From positions 33,649 through 87,597 of the forward strand of contig CAZNAL010000001.1 in the NCBI GenBank assembly GCA_964571055.1: a stretch of 53,949 nt of DNA, read 5' to 3'. Shown here in pieces: positions 27,264 to 36,102 of this stretch; within the stretch, counting starts at the first letter, position 1, and every line of letters begins with the position of its first letter. A model generated the notes under the pieces. The model did not search any database. It saw only the letters and a list, made by a program, of their open reading frames with translations, and had not been told where the DNA came from. A program made the position numbers and the translations under genes. This DNA is from an uncultured Oscillospiraceae bacterium (lineage in GTDB: Bacteria > Bacillota > Clostridia > Christensenellales > CAG-138).

Positions 27264-28292
27264 ATGCGATACATCGATTTGCGAAGCGACACGGTGACTC
27301 AGCCGACGGAAGAAATGCGCGCGGCCATGGCGAACGCGCCGGTCGGCGACGACGTATACGGGGACGACCCCACGGTAAACGAGCTGGAAAGCACGGCGGC
27401 CCGCATCTTGGGCAAGGAAGCGGCGCTGTATGTCACAAGCGGCACGATGGGCAACCAGCTTGGCATCATGTCGCAGACAAGACGGGGTGACGAGGTGATC
27501 GTCAGCCGCGATTGCCACATCATGGCGCATGAGGTCGGTGCGGCGGCGGTATTGTCCGGCGTTACGCTCAACACCATTTCCTTCCCCAACGGCGTCTATA
27601 ACGCCGCGATGATGGAAAACGCCATACGCTCCGGCGATATTCACGAGCCGCCCACAACGCTCATGTGCATGGAAAACGCGCTGGCCAACGGACGCGTCGT
27701 TTCCCTTGACGTCATGCGCGACGTATATGATATGGCAAAGCGTCACCATATCAACGTGCATCTTGACGGCGCAAGGATTTTTAACGCCGCAACGGCGTTA
27801 CAGACGGACGTAAAGGAAATCACGCGGTATTGCGATACGGTATCCTGCTGTTTGTCTAAAGGCCTTTGCGCGCCCGTCGGTTCCATCTTTGCAGGGAGCA
27901 AGGAAACGGTCTCTCGCGCGCGAAAATACAGGAAGATGCTCGGCGGCGGCATGCGCCAATGCGGTATCATAGCGGCGGGCGCGCTGTGCGCTATCACCAA
28001 GATGCCCGCGCGCCTTAAAGAGGATCATGAAAACGCGCGGTATTTGGCGCAGAAGCTTCACGAGGTCGACGGCGTCGAGGTCGATCTTGCAAGCGTGCAG
28101 ATCAATATGGTGTTTTGTAAAATCGATAAGCCATTGGATTGGCAAGCGGCGCTGCCCGCTTTCATGCTCTCGCATAACATCAAGATCGGCGGCGCGGACG
28201 GCGGCATGTTCCGCTTTGTAACAAACAGCGACGTTACAAGGGCGGATATAGACTTCTTCCTTGCAAAGCTTCAAGAAAGCATGAACGGATAA
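27264..28292 (+). CDS. ltaE: Low-specificity L-threonine aldolase (beta-eliminating lyase family, PLP-dependent)
   Basis: The N-terminus RSDTVTQPTEEMRAAMANAPVGDDVYGDDPTVNELE and the PLP-lysine context CLSKGLCAPVGS are present. The ATG at 27264 follows AGGAGA. Confidence 0.88.
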   Translation: MRYIDLRSDTVTQPTEEMRAAMANAPVGDDVYGDDPTVNELESTAARILGKEAALYVTSGTMGNQLGIMSQTRRGDEVIVSRDCHIMAHEVGAAAVLSGVTLNTISFPNGVYNAAMMENAIRSGDIHEPPTTLMCMENALANGRVVSLDVMRDVYDMAKRHHINVHLDGARIFNAATALQTDVKEITRYCDTVSCCLSKGLCAPVGSIFAGSKETVSRARKYRKMLGGGMRQCGIIAAGALCAITKMPARLKEDHENARYLAQKLHEVDGVEVDLASVQINMVFCKIDKPLDWQAALPAFMLSHNIKIGGADGGMFRFVTNSDVTRADIDFFLAKLQESMNG

Positions 28293-28297
28293 GACCG

Positions 28298-29254
28298 CTA
28301 TGCATGCGGCGTGTTCGGCGGCGCGACGCGGCGCGCGAAGGCTGTGACGGCAGACCAATACCTGTCGGGATCGGACAGCGCCGCCCCGCTGTGTGCGGCG
28401 TTGGGAAAACCCAGCTTTTGCTTATCCGCCGCTGCGGCGGCCTCGTAAACCTTATCCATCATCCAATAGGGCACATAGCGATCCTTTTCGCCATGCAAAA
28501 ACAGCATGGGAAGGGTCGCTTTTTTAAGCTGTGCGCAGGCGTCGCCGTCATGCAGGCTGTAGCCTGCCCGCAAGCGCGCGAACAGATCGGCAAAAAACAG
28601 AACAAGGCCGACAACGCATGCCGGATAATGAAAAACGTGTGTTAACTGGTGACGCATTTCCGCATAGATGGAGGAGAAGCCGCAGTCCTCGATCATACCC
28701 TTGACCTGCGGAGGGAGGTCTTCCCCGACGGTCATCATCACGGTCGCGCCGCCCATGGAGATGCCGTAAAGGAGGATAGCAGCGTCCGCGTGCGAATCAA
28801 GGATGCGGTCGATCCACATGCGGATATCCAGCCGGTCAAACCAGCCCATGCCGATATAGCTTCCTTCGCTTTGCCCGTGCCCGCGCGCGTCGGGCAAGAG
28901 AAGACTGTAGCCCATCTCATGAAACCGCCGCGCGATGTTGCCCATGCCGCGCGCGGCGCCCGTATAGCCGTGGGCGATGACGACCCAGCGCTGCGTATCC
29001 TGTGGCAGGACGATCGCGTGCAGCTTGAGCCCGTCAAAGGAGACACAATAGTCATCCTCGTGCGGCGTTATGTCGAGAAAGCGGGGTCCCTGCTCCATGG
29101 TGACGCGCTCGCTGGAGGGCGGAAGCGAACCAAGCGCCGTATCCTTATCCGTCTTGCAATCCAGCGCCAGATTATAGAAATACAGACCCGCAAGGCAGCC
29201 CGCGAGCAGAACGATACCTAGAATAATAAAGAGAACCATGAAAAAGGCGCTCAT
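28298..29254 (-). CDS. Membrane-anchored alpha/beta hydrolase
   Basis: N-terminal TM helix, HGYTG, nucleophile elbow GISMGG and HGEKDRYVP. Confidence 0.8.
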   Translation of the reverse strand: MSAFFMVLFIILGIVLLAGCLAGLYFYNLALDCKTDKDTALGSLPPSSERVTMEQGPRFLDITPHEDDYCVSFDGLKLHAIVLPQDTQRWVVIAHGYTGAARGMGNIARRFHEMGYSLLLPDARGHGQSEGSYIGMGWFDRLDIRMWIDRILDSHADAAILLYGISMGGATVMMTVGEDLPPQVKGMIEDCGFSSIYAEMRHQLTHVFHYPACVVGLVLFFADLFARLRAGYSLHDGDACAQLKKATLPMLFLHGEKDRYVPYWMMDKVYEAAAAADKQKLGFPNAAHSGAALSDPDRYWSAVTAFARRVAPPNTPHA

Positions 29255-29271
29255 GATAGAATCCTCCGGCG

Positions 29272-31431
29272 CTATTGACCGTCGCTGACGGAATCGGGCA
29301 GCATCGTTAAGCTGATACGCTGCTTCTTCTTATCTACATCCATCACCCATACCGTGACGACGTCGCCTGTTTGCACGACCTCGGAAGGATGGCGGATAAA
29401 GCGTTTGGACATGCGCGATATGTGTACAAGGCCATCCTGATGCACGCCGACGTCCACAAACGCGCCAAAGTCCACCACGTTTCGCACCGTGCCCGTAAGC
29501 TCCATACCGGGTTGCAAATCGTTAAGCTCCATCACATCCGCGCGGAGCAGAGGCGGCGGCAGCTCGTCGCGCGGGTCGCGCCCGGGCTTCATCAGTTCCT
29601 GTACGATATCGTTTAAGGTGGGAAGACCCACGCCGATAGCGTCCGCAAGCTTTTGCGCGCCATGGGCTTTGATGCGCGCGGGCAGTTCGGATAGAGCGCC
29701 TTTCTCTACGTCTTGCATGGTAAAGCCGCAAAGCTGCAGGATTTTTTTCGCGGCGCCGTAGCTTTCGGGATGGACGCCCGTGTTATCGAGAAGTTCCGCA
29801 CTTTCCACCACGCGCAGAAAGCCCGCGCATTGTTCAAACGTGCGCGCGCCGAGCTTTTGCACCTTTAATAGCTCCTTGCGGCTATGGAATGCGCCGTTTT
29901 CCTCGCGGTAGGCGACGATCCGCTTGGAAACGGCTTCGCCGAGTCCCGAAACGCGCGAAAGCAGGGAGACGGAGGCGGTGTTTAGATCGACGCCGACGGC
30001 GTTTACGCAGTCTTCCACAACGCCGCAAAGCGTTTCGTCCAACCGCTGCTGCGGCATATCGTGCTGGTATTGCCCGATGCCGATGCTCTTTGGATCGATC
30101 TTTACAAGCTCCGCAAGCGGGTCCTGCAAGCGCCTTGCGATGGAAACGGCGCTGCGCAGGGAAACGTCATACGACGGAAACTCCTCCGCTGCAAGCTTGG
30201 ACGCGGAGTATACGGACGCGCCCGCTTCGTTCACGATCGCGTAACGAAGGCTTGTGCCGTGGATGGTTTCGGCGATGAACTGCTCGCTTTCGCGGCTGGC
30301 CGTACCGTTGCCGATGGAGATCGTTTCAATGCCGTGCTTTTCGATGAGAGATTTGACCTTGCGCGCGGCCTCCTCTTTCTGATTGTGCGGCGGCGTCGGA
30401 TAGATGACGCCCGTATCCAGCACCTTGCCCGTGCCGTCTACGACCGCAAGCTTGCACCCTGTACGATATGCGGGATCCACGCCAAGCGTTACCTTGTTTT
30501 TGACCGGCGGCTGCATGAGAAGCGGCTTGAGGTTGAGCGCAAACATCTTGATCGCCTGTTCATTCGCCTTGTCGGTCAAGGCGGCGCGAAGCTCACGGGA
30601 GAGCGACGGCTGCATCAGCCGATCATAGCCGTCCTCCGCGGCCATGCGAACCTGCTGCGCGCAGTCGCTGTTGTTGCGGATCAATGCGTCTGTGATGATC
30701 ATAAGCGCGTGTGCGCGCGGTATATCGATGGAGGCTTTGAGATACCCCTCCTTCTCGCCGCGGTTGATGGCTAAGATACGATGGCTGGGGAGAGAGAAAA
30801 TGGGTTCGGAAAAATCATAGTAAAGGGAATATACGCTGTCCTCTTCCTTGGCGGCGGCGCAGCGCAAAACAGCGCGCTTTTCGGAAAGCTCCTTGATCTC
30901 GCTTCGAAGCTCTGCGTCGTCCGCGATGCGCTCGGCGATGACGTCTCTTGCGCCGGCAAGAGCGCTTTCCGCCGTAGGGACCTCCTTATCGGGATCGATA
31001 TAGAGAGCGGCGAGCGCAAACGGGTCGGCGGCGCGATCCTGTTCGATGAGTTTGGCGGCAAGCCCCATAAGGCCGCGTTCGGCGGCAACGGAGGCGCGCG
31101 TGCGGCGCTTGGGTCTAAATGGGCGATACAGATCCTCAAGCTGGGAGAGCGTCGAAGCGTCGTCGATCTTCTGCGAAAGCGCTTCGGTCAGCTTTTCCTG
31201 CGCGGCGATGGACGCTTTGATTTCGCTGCGGCGCGATTCCATATTTCGTAAGTAGGTAAGACGGTCTGCAAGCTCGCGCAAGAGCTGATCGTCCATGCTG
31301 CCCGTCATTTCTTTTCGATAGCGCGCGATAAAGGGTATAGTGTTTCCCTCATCGATCAGCCGGATCACATTCTGCACATGTGTGCTTGTTTGCTTGAATT
31401 CCTGCGTAAGGGTCTGTTCAATCGTAGCCAT
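29272..31431 (-). CDS. tex: Tex family transcription accessory protein (YqgF/HhH/S1 domains)
   Basis: The N-terminus is IRLIDEGNTIPFIARYRKE and the C-terminal S1 domain is GTVRNVVDFGAFVDVGVHQDGLVHIS. The start at 31431 (MATIEQ) has a weak SD, so its position is only moderately certain. Confidence 0.93.
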   Translation of the reverse strand: MATIEQTLTQEFKQTSTHVQNVIRLIDEGNTIPFIARYRKEMTGSMDDQLLRELADRLTYLRNMESRRSEIKASIAAQEKLTEALSQKIDDASTLSQLEDLYRPFRPKRRTRASVAAERGLMGLAAKLIEQDRAADPFALAALYIDPDKEVPTAESALAGARDVIAERIADDAELRSEIKELSEKRAVLRCAAAKEEDSVYSLYYDFSEPIFSLPSHRILAINRGEKEGYLKASIDIPRAHALMIITDALIRNNSDCAQQVRMAAEDGYDRLMQPSLSRELRAALTDKANEQAIKMFALNLKPLLMQPPVKNKVTLGVDPAYRTGCKLAVVDGTGKVLDTGVIYPTPPHNQKEEAARKVKSLIEKHGIETISIGNGTASRESEQFIAETIHGTSLRYAIVNEAGASVYSASKLAAEEFPSYDVSLRSAVSIARRLQDPLAELVKIDPKSIGIGQYQHDMPQQRLDETLCGVVEDCVNAVGVDLNTASVSLLSRVSGLGEAVSKRIVAYREENGAFHSRKELLKVQKLGARTFEQCAGFLRVVESAELLDNTGVHPESYGAAKKILQLCGFTMQDVEKGALSELPARIKAHGAQKLADAIGVGLPTLNDIVQELMKPGRDPRDELPPPLLRADVMELNDLQPGMELTGTVRNVVDFGAFVDVGVHQDGLVHISRMSKRFIRHPSEVVQTGDVVTVWVMDVDKKKQRISLTMLPDSVSDGQ

Positions 31432-31538
31432 GCCGCTGCGGGGATGAAAAGCCCCGCGCTCCTTTTCGGTATTGCATCTATGATAGCTTTTTTTTACGTT
31501 GCGCACAATCGCAATTCGTAAAAAAACCGAAGAAAAAC

Positions 31539-31560
31539 TCTACGAAAATTCTACGAAAAT
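31539..31560. repeat. Perfect tandem 11-nt direct repeat (tctacgaaaat x2) in the divergent tex / oxidoreductase control region
   Basis: The sequence reads tctacgaaaat tctacgaaaat directly. The period is one helical turn. Confidence 0.6.
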
Positions 31561-31652
31561 GTTCGTATTCTATATACAAAAAGCATGCTTCCGTGGTATG
31601 CTTTATCATATAGAATTTGTATAAGACAGGCAGCGATATGTGGGAGGCAGCT

Positions 31653-32621
31653 ATGAAAATAGCGTTTTTAGGCGCCGGATCGATCGCCGTGAAAATGGCG
31701 AATACCTTGCTTGGCATGGGCGAAATCACGCGTTACGCAGTGGGCGCGCGGGACTTGGAGCGCGCAACCGCGTTTTGCGAAAAGTACGGTTTTCAAAGGG
31801 CGTATGGCTCTTACGAGGCGCTTCTTGCAGATCCCGAAATCGATTTAGTCTATATCGCCACGCCGCATTCGCATCATTACGAGCATATCAAGCTATGTCT
31901 TGCGCATAACAAGCATGTACTGTGCGAAAAAGCGTTTACGGTCAACGCCGCGCAGGCGAAAGAGGTCATAGAGATCGCTGAAAAGAAGGGACTGCTTCTG
32001 ACGGAAGCCATATGGACGCGCTATATGCCTATGCGCAAAACCATAGCTGAGATTATGGAGAGCGGCGTCATTGGCGAGATCACCTCCTTAAGCTGCAATT
32101 TGGGCTATACGATCGATCATGTGACGCGTATCCAAGAGCCGGAGCTGGCGGGCGGCGCACTGCTTGATCTATCCGTGTACGTGTTGAATTTTGCATCCAT
32201 GTTCTTTGGAGACGATATAGAGAAAATCGTTTCCTTGCCCGTGATGACAGAAAAGGGCGTGGATAGTCAGGAAGCTATTTCGATTGTCTACAAAGACGGC
32301 AGGCTCGCGACGATGTATACGACCACGCTGGCGACGACGGATCGGGAAGGCGTCATCAACGGAAGAAAAGGGCATATCAAGATACAGAACATCAACAACT
32401 ACGAGTGCGTTCGCGTATACAACGAACGATATGAACTGATAAAGACCATACAAGCACCGCCGCAGATTTCCGGCTACGAATACGAGGTGCTCTCGGCGAA
32501 ACGCGCGATCGAAGAGGGAAAGACGGAATGCGAGGAAATGCCGCACGCGCAAACGATCCATATGATGGAAGTGATGGATGGGCTCCGTGCACAATGGGGT
32601 ATGCGCTGCCCATGCGAATGA
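31653..32621 (+). CDS. Gfo/Idh/MocA family oxidoreductase
   Basis: The N-terminal Rossmann motif is MKIAFLGAGSIAVKMA and the EKAF motif is CEKAF. GGGAGG lies 5 nt upstream of ATG 31653. Confidence 0.88.
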   Translation: MKIAFLGAGSIAVKMANTLLGMGEITRYAVGARDLERATAFCEKYGFQRAYGSYEALLADPEIDLVYIATPHSHHYEHIKLCLAHNKHVLCEKAFTVNAAQAKEVIEIAEKKGLLLTEAIWTRYMPMRKTIAEIMESGVIGEITSLSCNLGYTIDHVTRIQEPELAGGALLDLSVYVLNFASMFFGDDIEKIVSLPVMTEKGVDSQEAISIVYKDGRLATMYTTTLATTDREGVINGRKGHIKIQNINNYECVRVYNERYELIKTIQAPPQISGYEYEVLSAKRAIEEGKTECEEMPHAQTIHMMEVMDGLRAQWGMRCPCE

Positions 32622-32699
32622 GGATGTCTGTTGCTTACTTTGTAACGCGCGCGATCATTGATGCATCACGCAGATTGATCTTGATGAAAGAAAGGGTTT

Positions 32700-34397
32700 A
32701 TGGCGACAAAAAGCTATAAAAGAATACTTCTGCTGGAAAACGATCCGGGAAACCGGGCTGCATTGTCGCGTGTTCTCGAGTTGGATTACAGAATGATCGA
32801 AGCCGCAAATATAAAAGCGGCCAAAGCGCAGCTTGCGAGATACAAGGAAGAACTGTCGCTGATCCTCATCGATCTTGCGATACCGCAAAAGGAGGAAGGA
32901 TTCGCTTTCATTTCGATTTGCAAGGAAGACGATGAAACCAAGAGGATACCCGTCGTCGCCTTGGTGGATGAGCTTGCCGAAATCGATGTGAGCGAGGCGC
33001 TTCTGCTGGGAGCGAACGACATTTTGCGGCGACCCCTGCAAGCGGAGATCGTCCGAAAACGGATCGATAATTTGGTAGATCTCAAGGAAATCAACGAGCT
33101 GGTCAGCGAGGTGGAATGTGATCGTCTGACGGGACTTTATAACAAAGACTATTTCTTTAAAAGCGTCACATCGTATCTGCGCGGTAATCATGGAAGGAAA
33201 TTTGATATCATTTGCTGCGACGTTGAAAACATTCGTCTCATTAACGAGTTCTTTGGCGCCTTGGTATCGGATATGCTCTTGCGGCATGTCGCCAGAGTAT
33301 TTGGCGCGCATTTTTCAAAGCTTAGCTTAGCTGGCCGCGTGCACGGCGATGTGTTTGCAACGCTCGTGCCGCGCAACAAGGAGTACGACGACGAGTTCTT
33401 TGCGGAAGCCTTGGAGGAGATGAAGTCCTACGACATAGATTTCATTATTTCCGTAAAATTCGGCGTGTATCACGTGGATGATATAAGCGAATCGGTATCC
33501 GTTATGAGCGATAGGGCGCATGAGGCGGCAACGACGATCAAACGCAGATACGGCGTAAACTACGCCGTATTCCAGCCGGAATCCCGATCCGTCATGCAGA
33601 CGAAGCAATACGTCGTCAACAATCTGCGCGCCGCGATAGAAAAAAGACAGATCACGGTCTTTTTCCAGCCCAAGTATGAAGCGGACAGCGAAAAGATGGT
33701 GGGCGCGGAAGCCTTCGCCCGCTGGATCATTTCCGCAGATGAGGCGATACCGCCGAATATTTTTATCAACATACTGGAAAGAAACGGCTTGGTAGCGCTT
33801 CTCGATCTGTACATGTGGGAAGAGACATGCAGGCTGATGAAGTACTGGATCGATAAGGGAAACACGCTTGTGCCCATATCGCTGAATTTGGCGCGCTGTG
33901 ATATTTATTATCCGAATCTGGTCGATACGATACTGGAGATCGTGGATCGATATAAGATACCGCACAATCTGCTCCATGTGGAAGTCAAGGAAACCGCCTA
34001 TTGCGACGATACATGGTATTTGGCGGGTATACTCAACAGGCTTCGCGCGGAGGGTTTTGCTATCGAGATCGACGATTTTGGCACGGGCTATTCCTCCATG
34101 ACCATGCTCGCGTCGCTGCCTGTCGATGTGCTCAAGATCGATCTAAGCTTTACGCAGAACGCGGACAATCCGAAGGTTCGCAGCATCATCAATTTCATTT
34201 TGGTCATGGGGAAAATGATGAATCTTACCGTTGTGGCGGAGGGTGTGGAAACCTATGAGCAGCTGGAGCTGTTTAAGGGGAACGCGCATACGCAGGTGCA
34301 GGGCTTCCTGTTCAGCCATCCCATGCCATCCTACCAGTTTATTAAGCTCGTCAGAGATAATCAAAGAAAAGAAGAAGACAAGGAAAAGAAAGAGTAA
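32700..34397 (+). CDS. Response-regulator receiver + degenerate GGDEF + EAL domain protein (probable c-di-GMP phosphodiesterase)
   Basis: REC domain (ILLLENDP ... LILIDL). The GGDEF position reads HGDVF, so it is degenerate. EAL-domain motifs are EAFAR, N in SLNL, EVKET, DDFGTGYSS, KID, EGVET and QGF. Confidence 0.88.
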   Translation: MATKSYKRILLLENDPGNRAALSRVLELDYRMIEAANIKAAKAQLARYKEELSLILIDLAIPQKEEGFAFISICKEDDETKRIPVVALVDELAEIDVSEALLLGANDILRRPLQAEIVRKRIDNLVDLKEINELVSEVECDRLTGLYNKDYFFKSVTSYLRGNHGRKFDIICCDVENIRLINEFFGALVSDMLLRHVARVFGAHFSKLSLAGRVHGDVFATLVPRNKEYDDEFFAEALEEMKSYDIDFIISVKFGVYHVDDISESVSVMSDRAHEAATTIKRRYGVNYAVFQPESRSVMQTKQYVVNNLRAAIEKRQITVFFQPKYEADSEKMVGAEAFARWIISADEAIPPNIFINILERNGLVALLDLYMWEETCRLMKYWIDKGNTLVPISLNLARCDIYYPNLVDTILEIVDRYKIPHNLLHVEVKETAYCDDTWYLAGILNRLRAEGFAIEIDDFGTGYSSMTMLASLPVDVLKIDLSFTQNADNPKVRSIINFILVMGKMMNLTVVAEGVETYEQLELFKGNAHTQVQGFLFSHPMPSYQFIKLVRDNQRKEEDKEKKE

Positions 34398-34483
34398 AAG
34401 CGGAGCCGACGCTTGCAGCCGCGGCGCGTTTGTGCGCTCTATATGCGGATCGCATTTTGGCGGTAGGCTTGCGCGCTTAGTTG

Positions 34484-34492
34484 TGGTATACT
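34484..34492 (+). promoter_or_regulatory. Possible extended -10 promoter element upstream of larE
   Basis: TGgTATACT lies 34 nt upstream of the larE ATG. The -35 box is poor. Confidence 0.3.
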
Positions 34493-34525
34493 CTCTTTAA
34501 CACAAAGAACTGAGGCGTTAGGCGG

Positions 34526-35329
34526 ATGGAGCGTTTTACGGGCGGCGCGGATGGCGAAGCGGCTATGAAGCGGCAGGAAGAATTGACCGCTTTTTTTAAG
34601 GCGCACGCGCGCGCGGCGCTGGCGTTTTCGGGCGGTACGGATTCGGCCTATCTTCTGTACGCGGGATTGCGCGCCGGTGCGCAGATTCGACCTTATTACT
34701 GTAAGACCGTTTTTCAGCCGTCGTTTGAATATGAGGACGCACAAAAACTGGCGCGCGAACTGCATGTGGAATTGGAAACGGTGACGCTCGACATACTATC
34801 CGTCCCCAAGGTTGCCGCGAACCCGCCGGATCGTTGCTATCATTGCAAAACGGCGCTGTTTGGCGCGTTGAAAGAACGCGCCGCGGCGGACGGATATACG
34901 CTTTTGCTGGACGGTACCAACGCCTCCGACGACGCGAAGGAGCGACCCGGCATGCGGGCGCTAAAGGAGCTGGAAGTGCGTTCGCCGCTTCGTGAGTGCG
35001 GCTTTACCAAAGCGGATATACGGCGTTGCTCCAAGGAAGCGGGCTTGTTTACATGGAATAAACCCGCGTATGCGTGCCTTGCTACGCGCGTTCCCACGGG
35101 AGACAGGCTTGACGCGACCTTGCTGCGGCGGGTGGAGAGCGCTGAGAACACGCTTTTTGAGATGGGGTACACGGATTTTCGCGTGCGCGTGTTCCATGAA
35201 GCCGCGCGCTTGCAGCTCCCCGACGCGCAGCTAGCAAGAGCGGCGGAGGAAGCGGAACGAATACGCGGCGCGCTGCGACCTTTTTTTGAAACCGTTTTGT
35301 TGGATATGGCGGGGAGGAAGCAAGAATGA
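34526..35329 (+). CDS. larE: LarE, ATP-dependent sulfur transferase for the nickel-pincer nucleotide (NPN) cofactor (PP-loop family)
   Basis: The PP-loop is LAFSGGTDSAYLLY. Cys residues occur at RCYHCK and YACLATR. It is followed by larB and larC. An alternative start is the ATG at 34565. Confidence 0.85.
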   Translation: MERFTGGADGEAAMKRQEELTAFFKAHARAALAFSGGTDSAYLLYAGLRAGAQIRPYYCKTVFQPSFEYEDAQKLARELHVELETVTLDILSVPKVAANPPDRCYHCKTALFGALKERAAADGYTLLLDGTNASDDAKERPGMRALKELEVRSPLRECGFTKADIRRCSKEAGLFTWNKPAYACLATRVPTGDRLDATLLRRVESAENTLFEMGYTDFRVRVFHEAARLQLPDAQLARAAEEAERIRGALRPFFETVLLDMAGRKQE

Positions 35330-36102
35330 ATCAACAAGAGATGCGAAAACTGCTGCAAGCGGTGGCAAGCGGCGCCGCTTCGGTGGAGGACGCGGTGCTG
35401 AAAATGAAGATGGAGCCCTTTGAGGATCTTGGTTTTGCGAAGGTCGATCATCATCGTGCTCTGCGGCAGGGTATCGCCGAGGTGATATTCGGCGCGGGAA
35501 AAACGCCGCAGCAGATCATCGGTATCGCTGAAGCGATGCTGCGCGAAGGGGAGAAAACGATTCTGATCACGCGCCTTGCGCCCGAGGCGGCGGCTACCAT
35601 ACAAAGGACGCTGCCCATGCAGTATCAAGAGATAGGACGCGTGGGGACCATAGGCTCGATGCCAAAGCCGGACGGACTGGGAAGGATATTGATCGCAACG
35701 GGCGGCACCAGCGATATGCCCGTGGCGGAGGAGGCGGCTTTCACGGCGGAGGCATTGGGCAACGAGGTCACGCGCCTGTACGATGTCGGCGTAGCGGGGC
35801 TGCACAGGCTGCTCGCGCACGTTGACGATATTATGAATGCGCGCGTTGTGATCGCCGTAGCCGGTATGGAGGGCGCGCTTGCGAGCGTTGTGGGCGGTCT
35901 TGCGGATTGCCCAGTGCTCGCCGTGCCGACAAGCGTAGGCTATGGCGCTTCCTTCGGCGGCGTGACGGCGCTTTTAGCCATGCTGAATTCCTGCGCGAGC
36001 GGCGTGAGCGTTGTGAATATCGATAACGGTTTTGGCGCAGGCTACCAAGCCAGCCTTATCAATCATATGGGAAGGGTAACAAATGAAGCTACTGTATCTT
36101 GA
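35326..36102 (+). CDS. larB: LarB, pyridinium-3,5-biscarboxylic acid mononucleotide synthase (PurE-like)
   Basis: The AIR-carboxylase-like C-terminal domain is ATGGTSDMPVAEEA ... VVIAVAGMEGALASVVGGL. Its start overlaps the larE stop by 4 nt (ATGA). Confidence 0.88.
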   Translation: MNQQEMRKLLQAVASGAASVEDAVLKMKMEPFEDLGFAKVDHHRALRQGIAEVIFGAGKTPQQIIGIAEAMLREGEKTILITRLAPEAAATIQRTLPMQYQEIGRVGTIGSMPKPDGLGRILIATGGTSDMPVAEEAAFTAEALGNEVTRLYDVGVAGLHRLLAHVDDIMNARVVIAVAGMEGALASVVGGLADCPVLAVPTSVGYGASFGGVTALLAMLNSCASGVSVVNIDNGFGAGYQASLINHMGRVTNEATVS

